From: Octopus bimaculoides
Lineage: Eukaryota
Direction of reading: 5' to 3'
NCBI RefSeq assembly: GCF_001194135.2
Contig: NC_068983.1
Span: 140,766,689 to 140,808,060, forward strand
DNA: 41,372 nucleotides
Below the pieces are notes generated by a model. It was not told the DNA's origin and made no database searches. It saw only the letters and a program-made list of their open reading frames with translations. Each line of letters starts with the position of its first letter. The stretch's first letter is position 1. Made by a program: the position numbers and the translations under genes. Below are positions 11,548-22,870 of this stretch, piece after piece.

Positions 11548-11708
11548 AATGACCAATTTCAAAGACTGTTCGATTTTACTCATAGGGTATTGGAATCTTA
11601 ATAATGGATTTACAAAGGCAATGACCAATCTTAAGGACTATTGGATTTTACTCATAAGGTATTGGAATCTTATATGTATACCATTCTGCCTAAACAATGG
11701 ATTTACAA
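11548..11708 (+). repeat. About 70-bp direct tandem duplication; the second copy has about 20 extra nt
   Basis: aatgaccaat..a.gact.t..gattttactcata.ggtattggaatctta..aatggatttacaaa occurs twice. Confidence 0.85.
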
Positions 11709-11783
11709 ATACAATATCCCTACTTTCACTCTCTATTTCCTATCTTATCTAAACTAAATATTGCTTAACCATCCTCTCACACC

Positions 11784-11835
11784 GTCTTTGATGAGGGGAT
11801 ATAATAAATATCCCGGAAACAGCTGGCTGTAAGAC
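11784..11835 (+). ncRNA. Minimal type I hammerhead ribozyme motif (two core lesions), PLE pLTR-type
   Basis: Stem I GTCT(11784)/AGAC(11832); core TTGATGA (C3>U); stem II GGGATAT/ATATCCC with G instead of C at position 11.1; GAAA; stem III ACAGC/GCTGT around a 2-nt loop; GUA cleavage triplet ending at 11831. Confidence 0.8.
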
Positions 11836-13094
11836 CTATTTATAAATGTTCTATATCATACACAGCCTTGGTTTTTTTTTTATCTCATTACGAAAATTAA
11901 ATCCTTATATTCACACATTGATATATGACCTACGTTGGACCCCTTATTCGCATAATCACCGAACTTGGAGCTTAACTATGGTCTATCCATAGCACTTAGC
12001 ATTACCTGAAACATATGAGTCTAATTGACACCACTATCGTTCATAACATATATATANNNNNNNNNNNNNNNNNNNNNNNNNNNNNNNNNNNNNNNNNNNN
12101 NNNNNNNNNNNNNNNNNNNNNNNNNNNNNNNNNNNNNNNNNNNNNNNNNNNNNNNNNNNNNNNNNNNNNNNNNNNNNNNNNNNNNNNNNNNNNNNTATAT
12201 ATATATATATATATATATATATGGCTGTTTGGATACGTATATAAAGTACTACTTTATATGCGTATAGACTACTGTTTATTTTCAATTTTATGTCCAGAAA
12301 CAACGCAGACTATGTGAAGAAATATTTTCATACTGAATACTAGCAGCATAGCCTTCATTTACTAACAATTAAGTAGCTAAATTTTAAATTATAAAGAGTC
12401 TGGTGTCGTTTTTAATTTCCTGTGTTGTTAAAAATGTGTATCCTAATTATTAAAATCAAGGAATGCTGAAGAAAAGATGTACATATCGTTTCATTTATTT
12501 TTTTTTTTAACATTGGTAACCAATATCACAAATTTCAGAAGATATTAACATACTTTTTCAGCAGTATAATTAATTGCATCCACAAATTTATTTTGGAATA
12601 AACTAGGAAAATGATGAAATAGTCAATATATCAGAAGCAAGGAAATTAAGGAAAGTATCCGTTTATTGTAAAAACTTTCATGAAATCTGCACAAAATGCT
12701 ATCATATAACCAACATATACATCATGTACCATCCCTAATTTTATGTTTTAGGCAAAGATATTAGAAATTATAAGCATTCTATATAATTTAGCGTGGAACC
12801 TGATAGAGAAGTCCTCCACTTCACACCGTTTGATTAGAACAAATTATCCACTTCATCTGAAAAAGCACACTATTTTATGTAACGTTGGTTCCTATGTATT
12901 TAATTAATAGCACACTAAATATTATTGGTTTCCACTTTATTTTACTCAGTAGTGTATACACTGCTGGTTTATTATAATCTTCGCTTTTACCCACAAAAAT
13001 CTTAAATCAAGCTGCTCGTACTACATCGGTCACTAATATATATTTGTAAAATATTATATACATGAACACCACACACACACCTATATATATTCGG

Positions 13095-13265
13095 CATGAT
13101 AGATCGCTAACCACTACACACATTCCTTATCTCCTCTCCTTGTTTCTTTCTGTGTTCGTTTCTGTGAAACAGAGTAGGCTAGAAACGTTAAAAACTTTTT
13201 CAATCCCCTAGCGTTATACAAATACATCTATTTGTTTTGTACACCACATGTTTGGTTTTTTTTTT
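13095..13265 (+). mobile_element. Short non-coding repeat relic containing a degenerate hammerhead-like motif (13158-13195)
   Basis: GTTT-CTGTGAA-ACAGAGTAGGCTA-GAAACGTT-AAAAAC: keeps CUG..., GAAACGU and a GTTT/AAAC stem I; the core and stem II have decayed. Confidence 0.4.
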
Positions 13266-13274
13266 GTGAATTCT

Positions 13275-13276
<2 letters not shown>

Positions 13277-13348
<72 letters not shown>
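13277..13348. repeat. (TA)n microsatellite
   Basis: Directly visible. Confidence 0.95.
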
Positions 13349-13351
<3 letters not shown>

Positions 13352-15224
13352 TATATGTATGTATGCATTCAAAGGAGAGGCAGGAGACAGAACAGGTTAC
13401 GAATAATGTTTAACAGGTACACATATTTCATACTCCACTTATATGCCGAACTTGGTTAGACAACAAGCAGCAGAAGTATAGACAGTTTAGTGCGCAAAAC
13501 TCCGAACCACCATATACAAACAAATGAATAAAGAAAATGTAACCGTGGTTTATACTTTAAATAATCTGAAATAAGCCGACAGACGTTCATATGTTAGCCG
13601 GTTGGCCTAATTACGCAACACAATAGATTCGACTCACGCCCTCAGCATTATCTGCAAAAATACGACATACAGAAAAGTTCATGTCCTTATGAGCACCGGT
13701 TTTCTAGCTACATAAATCTGGTTCTTACTGCAGAATGTAAGACGTGAACTTACGAATGTAGAGCGTGGGTTTACGTAGCATAACAAATGCGTGGGATTGC
13801 GAGATGAGTGTGGTGAGATGAAAAGAGGAAGGCTATTATGACCACGGATATCCCATAGAAATGTGGCTGTACTTACATATACACACATATTCGCAAACCG
13901 GAGCCCGTTCATTCCTCCCACCATCACACTAGAAAATGTAATAAGAATCGTAAGCACTATGTAAACATACAAATATATCAATAAAATAAAACGATGAAGT
14001 AGTGATTGTACTACCAATCGTAATATCAACAATCACCGTCATCAACTGGTTGAGCATGCACTGGCATTTTTAACCCGCGAACACCTTCCACCTCGATGTT
14101 GCATTATTTGAGGAAGATCTTCGAGGAAGATCTTCGAGGAAGTACATGTATCTCATCAGAGACACCGGATGCCTTTCCGAAGAAGAACATCCAATGTTAA
14201 TAATATATACTGCCACCAAAAGGGTTTATTAGTGTGTGCTTGATGACGTCAACTTTTTTTAAAAATATACGAAATACTTTTGAAAATTTGTTTTTGACCA
14301 TACGAAATGGTCAATAACATTTTAATTTGAATTTAAACTATGTTTTGAAAGTGCATATTACAACAGAGCAAAGCAATGTTTTACGGTACAATGGCCATTA
14401 TTTCTTGAGGTATTCTTTCTTTCGTGCAGTACTGGCTGAAGTTATCGTACGGTATCTCGTGTTCAGCACCGAACGAAATTAAAAATACATGCATCCTTTT
14501 CTAAGTTGCAAACACAACACAGGTAGACTTTGTCTTCAAACTACCAAAAGTTATATAACATTACACTTAACAGATATGTAGACAACATTCTGTTAGAAAT
14601 GACAGCAGCTAATTTTGTGAATTGAAAACAGAGGAAAGCGTATGGGAAAGTGTTTGAGATTGAGAAAGAGAGACTGTGTGTGTGTGTAGGGGGGTGTAGA
14701 TAAAAGGAACTAACCACTAGCACAATGCAATGGAAAAATATCTCTTCGTTTGTTGTCAAGCTGGCTTGCAAGCTATTTCACACGTCTTCGTAGCGAGTAA
14801 CAATTATTGAATACGAAATAAAAATGCAAACTATGTTGACGTTATTTGTAACTTTATTTCACTTTGGTGTTCGAAGATGAAAGCAAGCTTGTAATACACA
14901 AATACATAAATACATACATGTGTGTATGAGTGAGTGTTTTTGTGTGAATATATATACATATATATATATAATCATGTTTTCGTGTGCGTGTTTATTCTCG
15001 TAGGTGTAGTTACCATGTAAGTACGTGAAAAAGATGTAAATATATTCACTCCTGCTATAGAAGCAGCCATTTTTTGTTTGTATCCGAAAACAACGCCATG
15101 ATCGATCATAGCACAAGGTAATTTCGGTAAGAGATCAAAACAGTAAGTAGACTAAAAGTCAATACTAAGAACATTAATGATTTCTAAAACAAATGTTTAA
15201 CTGAGGGCACAGACGATTAAATCG

Positions 15225-15286
15225 GTATTATCGACCTCGAATGATGGAAATCAATATCCACCCATATGGGTTTTGATCTCAGAAAT
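15225..15286 (-). mobile_element. SINE family 1 central fragment, highly degraded
   Basis: ttatcgacctcgaatgatggaaatc...ttttgatctcagaa resembles the reverse complement of the 17800-17860 body. Confidence 0.45.
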
Positions 15287-16197
15287 AAGGCTTCTATAAC
15301 TAAATATGGGAAAACAATTTGACCATTCACTTACCCTTTTTTCTACTATCCTCTATACGTTCAGAATATCATTAAATATTACCTGGTGTTTTCCGATTCT
15401 GATTTTACAAGCCATAGTGTAGAAGAAATGGAGGACACCAAATTTATGTATTACAATACTTATGCAGCTATTGTGAAATGATGAATTCCTACCGCTAGTG
15501 TTTAGTCATGAAGCTATATTGTTTCATTGATTCCTCTTGAAACCAGAAAATGATATATCGAAGGCAGTACGATTTGCTCCACTATATTAAAACAATTTAG
15601 TTTTGAACAGCGAAAACGCTACTATAAACAGTAACTGCCTTGGCACAAAGAAAAATTTAATGAGATTGCAATAGTTGTTAAAATGTTCTTATTCTCGCTA
15701 CATATGTTAATCAGGAAATATAGAATTTTCCATGCTTAATAGCGCTTTGCATTTTCATAGCTAGCCTTATTAGCGAGAAATCACACTCATTCAATATTTG
15801 TGTGAGTAGGATTGATTAAACGTGAAAGCTTCTAGGATGTTACTAAATGCAGGTCACATTCAATCGGTGAAGTTTGTCTGGGATGCATTTAAAAAATTAA
15901 TTATGTTAATACATTTTTTATGATTGTTTTGGTAACGAAGAAACATGTTTTACTCTTATTTCGTTTCGAAAGTAAATGATGTTTTTTAAAAAAATATTCG
16001 AATTTTTAATTTGGGGCATATCATCCAGATTCTCTTTTGGACGCAATCTCGTAGACTACATGTTTGAAACAAAAACCCCCACCTTTCTCCTCAATCAGGA
16101 AAAACGAGTAAATTGATCTGTTTTAAGACAGTGAATCAACAAAACTGTCTTATATATCAAAAGCGTCAAAGAAAGACATCTGAACATGTCAGCAATT

Positions 16198-16297
16198 ATA
16201 ATGTTGCAAATTTTGACACAAGCCAGCAATTATAAAGGAAGGTGATTAGTCAATTACGTCGACCCATGTGCTTGATTGGTACCTTATTTTATCGATC
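16198..16297 (-). mobile_element. SINE family 1, 3' half
   Basis: Reverse complement GATCGATAAAATAAGGTACCAATCAAGCACATGGGTCGACGTAATTGACT...AATTGCTGGCTTGTGTCAAAATTTG matches the 3' halves of the other copies. Confidence 0.75.
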
Positions 16298-16352
16298 TAG
16301 AACATTTTTACGACTATTGCAATCTCATTGCTTCAAATTCTGTCGAGGTCAA

Positions 16353-16394
16353 ATAATGATGATGAGGATGATGATGATGAGGATGATGATGATG

Positions 16395-16429
<35 letters not shown>

Positions 16430-16627
16430 ACGAATGACGATGATAATACTAATGATGATGATGATCATGATGATCATGATGACTACGACGACGACGACGA
16501 CGACGACGAGAAGAAGAAGAAGAAAAAGAAGAAGAAGAAGAAGAAGAAGAAGAAGAAGAAGAAGAAGAAGAAGAAGAAGAAGAAGAAGAAGAAGACGAAG
16601 AAGAAGAAGAAGAAGAAGAAGAAGAAG

Positions 16628-16662
<35 letters not shown>
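16353..16662. repeat. Compound trinucleotide microsatellite (GAT/GAG)n-(GAC)n-(GAA)n-(AAC)n
   Basis: Directly visible; source of the poly-M/R/T, poly-D/K/N and poly-L ORF-track entries. Confidence 0.97.
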
Positions 16663-16663
<1 letters not shown>

Positions 16664-16666
16664 TAT

Positions 16667-16812
16667 GCAAGAAGGGACTACACGAGCAATTCCGTGTAGC
16701 CACAAAAGAAATTGCTGGAAAAATAGGAGGGAATGGCTGATGAAAGGAACCCGAAAGAAAGAAACCGAGTGCACTATACTGGCAGCGCAGGACTAAGCCC
16801 TGGCCACGAACT
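16667..16812 (+). mobile_element. RLE-type LINE fragment (post-RT region)
   Basis: CKKGLHEQF.. (LHGQF-like), then WLMKGTRKKETECTILAAQD*ALATN, matching the WL.KG.LK.ETEG.I.AAQDQAL motif also seen at 41340-41372. Confidence 0.75.
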
Positions 16813-16864
16813 GGGGGAGGGGTTCAACCTGAGGAATGAGTAAGTGTTTCCGCTATGCCGCAAC

Positions 16865-18170
16865 ATCTAGAAGAGAACATCCTGTTTCCAGAAGAGCACA
16901 TGGAACATTGCAATGGCTCATATGATTGTATATATCAGTTATTGATCAACAAAGCCAAAACTGAAAAGTTCCGTAACAAAAAGAAGGGTCGGTGCATGGC
17001 TTCGATCAATTACTAGAAGGCTTTGGACAATATTACTCAAACATGTATCCGTGAAACAATGGTCCTGATCATGGTAGCACCAACAATGAGAAAATTTATT
17101 GAGCATGTTATGAGTGATCATCAAACAGTTCTGCAGCTATAGACAAAAGAGGTAATTATGAAATGAAAAGCCATCCCTGACACCGACATCTTTAACTGGC
17201 ATGCTAAACAGAACTAGATGTAAATACAACTGTTACGGTAAAAACCATATACTATCTCTTGAATGCGAATGATTTCAAGCTGAATACTACATATAGTGTA
17301 TGAATTTACCAAAGAAAGAAATATGAAATTCGGCCAAGAAAAATAATGCCAAGGCAAATTTGAAAAGAGAAAAGCTAATTATGAATAACAATATCACGGT
17401 AGATAAAGAATGTGAATTAAGATAACCAGACAAAGATCAGACATACAAATACTTAGGAATCAATAACCTAGATAGAGTACAACACACACACAAATGAAAG
17501 ATGATAAAGACGAATTATTGTTGATGAATTAGATTAATACCTAAAACAGAGATCAATGACAAAATCAAGATAATAGGTATTAATAATCTAGCTGTCCCAG
17601 TTATAAGATACAGTTATTATATTCGTAACGGGACACTAAATGAACGAACCAAACTAGACAGAAAATACAAGAAAAATAATGTCAGAATTTAGAATACACC
17701 ACCTATAATCTGACATAGAAATGTTATAATAGCGGAGACCTGGCAGAAACGTTAGCACGCCGGCCGAAATGCATAGCGGTATTTCGTCTGTCTTTATGTT
17801 CTGAGTTCAAATTCTGCCGAGGTCGACTTTGCCTTTCATCCTTTCGGGGTCGATTAAATAAGTACCAGTTACGCACTGGGGTCGATATAATCGACTTAAT
17901 CTGTTTGTCTGTCCTTGCTTGTTCCCTCTAAGTGTAGCCCCTTGTGAGCAGTAAAGAAATAAGAAATGTTATAATAGAATAAATTGAAAGTTGTAAAGAC
18001 ATAATGCAGTGAGAAAACTACTATAAAATACCCATCATAGGTCTACAGTAATATTTAACTCAGAATCGAGGAAAGCAGTTACAGATAGCCACAAAACGTG
18101 AGCAAAACAAGAAGATATTTTGTCTTGAAGCTGAAAAATACAAGAAAAAGGGTCATAATACCTGACAAAA
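16865..18170 (+). mobile_element. Degraded RLE-type LINE RT region, interrupted by a SINE
   Basis: HLEENILFPEE, QLLINKA, MASINY*KALDNI, degenerate YLLNANDFKL (YMDD site), GINNLAVPVIRYSY, TKLDRK and, after the SINE, ENYYKIPIIGLQ*YL. Many frameshifts. Confidence 0.78.
17733..17961 (+). mobile_element. Full-length tRNA-derived SINE, family 1, with a 16-bp target site duplication
   Basis: A-box-like TGGCAGAAACG, B-box-like GTTCAAATTCTG and central GTCGACTTTGCCTTTCATCCTTTCGGGGTCGAT. TSD AGAAATGTTATAATAG at 17717-17732 and 17962-17977. Confidence 0.93.
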
Positions 18171-19381
18171 TTGGATGGACAAATGGTCATATATTAGGTG
18201 ACGATATAAACATTTTTCTTTTATTATGTCTAATATTCAGCCCATTTACATGTGACACAGACCATACTGCTCATAACGTAGTCCTTGTTACTTCAGACAT
18301 TGAGATTTGGAGCTAACTATACTCCAAATAACGTAACATGACAGACATGATAGATGGCAAGCCTTTTCCACAAACGATACTAAATGTAAGCTTACTAATA
18401 CCCGCTTTTTAAAACGTACTGTTTTTACCAAGTCATATAACTGTAGTACGGTAGTGATGCCTCAATAGTTGAGATCTTTGAGAGCATGGTAGCGATGTCG
18501 CTCACGTTTATAGATATTTCTCTTTTCTATCATATTTTGCGAACGTTGTGACTGAATATATGCTATTTGTGCAGCAATTGCTAAAGAGCCATTGTCTGCA
18601 ACAACGGTATGACTGGGAACACACCCTAAAGATAAAGAGCGGTTCGAAACATTTACATATGGTTACCATTTATGTCGGAAGAATGATTAAAAGAAGCCCT
18701 TCAGTGGAGGAGTACAAGAATTCGGAATAAAAAAGGCTGCGTGAGTAGAGCTCATATGTGCTTATATGTCGGAAGAGTTAATCTGATAAATGCATAAGAT
18801 GACAACATGTGACAGTTATATTCCATAAAGCATCGTAATATGAAATATACTTTTGGAAGCTGTTTAGATCTAACGGAGTTTGCTCTATTATATTCGATAC
18901 ATTAGACAAGCGACATCACATTTGCAATCAATTTAGCAAACATATTTTACTTTACGGAATCAAGGTTCTAAAATTATCGATTTTCGGTATCCTCCTCGAG
19001 TTGGTATCTGAAAGTGTAACCCAGTATGATAGGAGTTGCAACAGAACTATGTTAGAGAACAGTTTTGTCAGATAAAGGGAAATTGCGTGTAGTTTGGCAA
19101 TTGAAACCTATTGAATCTCCTCTTTGCTCAGTCACCTACATTATTAATTATTTTGCTACTGTATAGGTATTATAGTTTATTGTCTGATGTATATGACTAC
19201 CACACGCAATGTCTCGCTAAAATACACGTGTTTATCTTGAATCATTTAAGTAGTGTCCGTCCTTAATAGACCACATATTTGTTTTCCCTTCACGTCGTGT
19301 CTTTGTCAATTGGGCCTCTGGAATGTGTTTCGTATTTTCCTACCTCCCATCAGGAGCCGTATCTCGAGGCACACAACTTAC

Positions 19382-19445
19382 TTGTTTTGCGTGTAAAAGA
19401 TATTCGAACAGCGTGTTTGTTTGCAGATCGTTGATTCCGTTAACA
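19382..19445 (-). other. Candidate small exon (unverified)
   Basis: Acceptor TATACAG and donor GTAAGT; two reading frames are open. Confidence 0.2.
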
Positions 19446-20076
19446 CTGTATACATAAAGAGCAATATTATTTACTCTGTTTCACTTTTCCCCCTCGAAAT
19501 TGCTAAAACCTTATCGGCAAAAGTACTTTATTTGAAGAGTCCAACCGCTGATTGGTGCCTATCACCTTTGAAAATTTTCCGATGTATATTCAAGGTAGAT
19601 AAGTGTAAAGGAGAACGTTAAGAAAATACAAAGCGTTACGATAGCTGAATGTAATTTGTTGAAACTTTCAAAGGGGCTCTTACAAAGGAGTTATATATGA
19701 CATCACACTAAATAGTCTATTAATGCATTGATAAGGGAAAGGCCTATAAGCACATCGCCCTTGTAACAACCAAAGGAGGTCTGAACTGAGAAAAGAAATA
19801 TGTACCTGAGTGAATGAAATACACTAAATATAGGATGATAACCGATGAGCGGGAAATCGAGGTTACAAGGTGTATAGTAATTTATTTACAAAATAAGGAA
19901 TTACGTATATATGTAAGGGTGCATTAAATGTGGTTCATAGCTATTTAAACTAATAGTATTGTTAATGTTATTAAATATCATAGGAAGAATATTTATAACA
20001 TTATATGCATTAATATACGTGAAAGGTTATATTTCCATCATAACAAACATACTCTGCAGTGAAAGTATCATCTCAC

Positions 20077-20156
20077 CACATTCAGAAGAGACTAAACTAG
20101 AAGTTGGCGATACTTGTGAAGAGGCAGAATGTATTTGCTGACATGATCCAACTTGC
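20077..20156 (-). other. Candidate small exon (unverified)
   Basis: Acceptor CCTATTTCAG|G and donor TG|GTGAGA in non-repetitive sequence. Confidence 0.3.
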
Positions 20157-21320
20157 CTGAAATAGGCTAAAATAATTCCACAGAACAACGACTGCTATTT
20201 AAACACAAACACGCTCTTATGCAGCTTATGCAGATTATGCACCAATGTGGTTTAGACGTTGCTATAGCGAATTTACAAAGGAATTTTAACATCAAGTTAC
20301 ATCAATACCACAAATCACTGACATAAAATAGTATAAATAGAGGCTACATTAAAATTTATATAAGATGCATGATATAGAGTATCAACTAAAATGATCTGGA
20401 AGACAGTAAGTAATAACATATCTAATTACGAAACAACACAAACAGCTGAAGTGTTCACTTTAAAAGCATTTCTGCCTAAAATAGCAAAAATTACAATGTA
20501 TAGACTTACGAGATATTATTAGGGGAATTTTGCAAACATTGCTAAGAAATACATGATAACAAGCTACATTAGATAAACGACCTACAAAGGGTAAATTTAG
20601 AAGCATTTTAGAAAGCCATTTCGGAGACGAATCTAAGTAAAATAAAAATATATATTCTCCTGGCGCTTTGCAGAAGCATTTGATTCGCGACTTTCTCTAA
20701 AATGCTTCGGGAAGTGAGGTGACATGTTTTGGACAAAATATTCAATGTTCGTTTTGCATGCGAGATATAAATAATCTAATTGTTGTTGACAATAAATGTA
20801 CAAGAATACGCCGTATGCCATCAAGACATGGTTACCATAGATTTTTCAACACACTCTCCAATGTGCCTTTTAAAATCTGACATTACATTATCAATACTTT
20901 TTTGTATCAAGTAGATAGCTCTATACTATGCTCTAATCATGGACTGCTGCCTACTAAACGCCTCAAAATCATTATAAATGCCAAGCAATATGTTACTTCT
21001 CGCAAATCGCTCTTGCTTAAGGTACAAAAACGCCTTACAAAAAGTTATAAGTAATTTAAGCTCTAAATAGTACTTGATATTGAACCTACCAAACTTAATA
21101 CAATCTAATTTGGGTTCCACGCACATCTTGAATAGTTATATATATGAGCTTCCTCTCCGAAAGTGGTTATATGTTTGATTGCCAATCATTCAAACACTAT
21201 CGTAACAAAACCTCAATCCAACTGAAATATTGTTTGTTCATGGTGTATCGTGTGTATCTATAATGATAACTTCTTATCCGTCCAACCAATTCGTTACAGA
21301 GTAATTATGCCTCAGCTTAC

Positions 21321-21422
21321 CCAATGCACCAATGTCTCCTACGTTGTCCATTTTAAACGTGTGGCCCACCTAAACCTCATAACTGCATGACTATGATGCA
21401 GTCTTTTAAAATCCACCCCGGC
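21321..21422 (-). other. Candidate small exon (unverified)
   Basis: Acceptor TTTCAG|G and donor TGG|GTAAGC. All three frames contain a stop, so it would be non-coding or start-containing. Confidence 0.3.
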
Positions 21423-22418
21423 CTGAAATTGTCTCGAACTGGAACCGTAAACTAATGTGAATGTCAACAACTGAAACCAAAATGTTACACGCTTAAAAGA
21501 CAGAGATCAAAAATTAAACACAATGCCACTGTCTATCTATGTCCTTTAATGCACCAAAACACTCTCATCGAGTTTGTTTTTCAAAACCTTATGCTACATA
21601 ACGGAAGAATATTGTTAGTGTGGTGAAGAATATAGTTAGATCATTTAATGTTGCAAACTTGTTTGTACGAAAAACATTTCAGATCAAATCTTTCATGTTT
21701 GAAACTCGGATATATCTGAATTCCTTTAAACGTTGTATGCTAATTCTGCTGTTTGGCACAAACCGACAAATACTTTGAAAATTTATCAAACACTGGAAAA
21801 TTATTGTGCTGAATGTAAAATAGGATTGCGTGTATATTGCTTTTTTACATACCAGCTGCAGCACAAAAAGTAAACACATTCTGATGAAATTAACCATGTA
21901 AAGTAAAATCATATTCTAGAGTGTTAGTCCAAAAAAGGAAAACATCCCCGAGAACGTATATTATTCCGAATTAGAAGCTTATCTTATTATATGTATTATA
22001 GAACAATTTCTCGTTTAATAAAAGAATTTTTCAAAGAACATGGGTGATGTTTGGGAGAGATTAAATAAGAACTTGGAATGAAGCAACTGAAAGTAACAAG
22101 AAATTGGGAAAATGAAATAAAGCGTAAGAATGATATAAGGAAACAAGAAAAAAGATAACAGTAAAAAACAGAGAGTATGAATGTTCTAATATAGTTTACA
22201 TTAGAAAAGAACTAGAAAGTTCGTGTCACTGAATTAATATCAACCAAATATTGTAATCAATACAACAAATGAAAATCTCACAAAAAAAAATGTTAAAAAC
22301 CTAAGAGATATGCAAACAAGATGGCGTGGAAATTTCCGAAAAAGAAAGAAGAAAGACATCTCATTTCAAATCTATTCTAACTGTTATGGAAATAAAACGA
22401 ACATAAAATACCTCCGCT

Positions 22419-22465
<47 letters not shown>

Positions 22466-22590
22466 TTACTACTACTACTGCTGCTGCTGCTACTTTTACT
22501 ACTACTACTACCAATACCTTAATAATGGTATAAATAACAACAACAACAACAATAATAATAATAATAATAATAACAATAATAATAATAACA
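22419..22590. repeat. Compound (TAC)n/(TGC)/(AAC)n/(AAT)n microsatellite
   Basis: Directly visible. Confidence 0.95.
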
Positions 22591-22599
22591 TTACACGAA

Positions 22600-22870
22600 A
22601 TATTGCTGCGATCGCTAAATGGGAAATGAAAAATGTAATATGTACAAAAATGGGAAATGAACGACACACGAACGTCAAATGGGAAATGAAGTCAATATAT
22701 GATGTGCTTTACAAAGCTGAAGGTCTTAATATTGCGGGGCAGGATCAAAACCCTATAATTAGATTTCTTAATATGTTGAATCAACAATCACTTAATGAAT
22801 ATCATATACATGTAGGATTTGTATGAGAAAATCTTTTAGAGACGGCTTACGTCTGCCTAAAACAAATATT
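22600..22870 (+). mobile_element. Highly degraded RLE-type LINE fragment following an (AAT)n tract
   Basis: KAEGLNIAGQDQNPIIR resembles ETEG.IIAAQDQ.L.TR; a CRIC-like remnant (tgtaggatttgt) lies at 22811. Confidence 0.5.

Noticed and set aside
14109-14141. GAGGAAGATCTTC x2.5
   Set aside because: A small local slippage duplication with no further structure.
16737-16762. CTGATGA...GAAA hammerhead-like spacing
   Set aside because: No stem II or stem III pairing, and it lies within LINE coding sequence (WLMKGTRKKETE); coincidental.
16242-16796. 184-aa poly-M/R/T ORF and the overlapping poly-D/K/N ORF
   Set aside because: Trinucleotide tracts lack stops by construction; the C-terminal part is a LINE relic and no splice context supports a host gene.
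22617-22690. CRISPR-like repeat-spacer appearance
   Set aside because: Repeats of 14 nt and spacers of 15-17 nt are too short, there are only three units, the context is eukaryotic and there are no cas genes.
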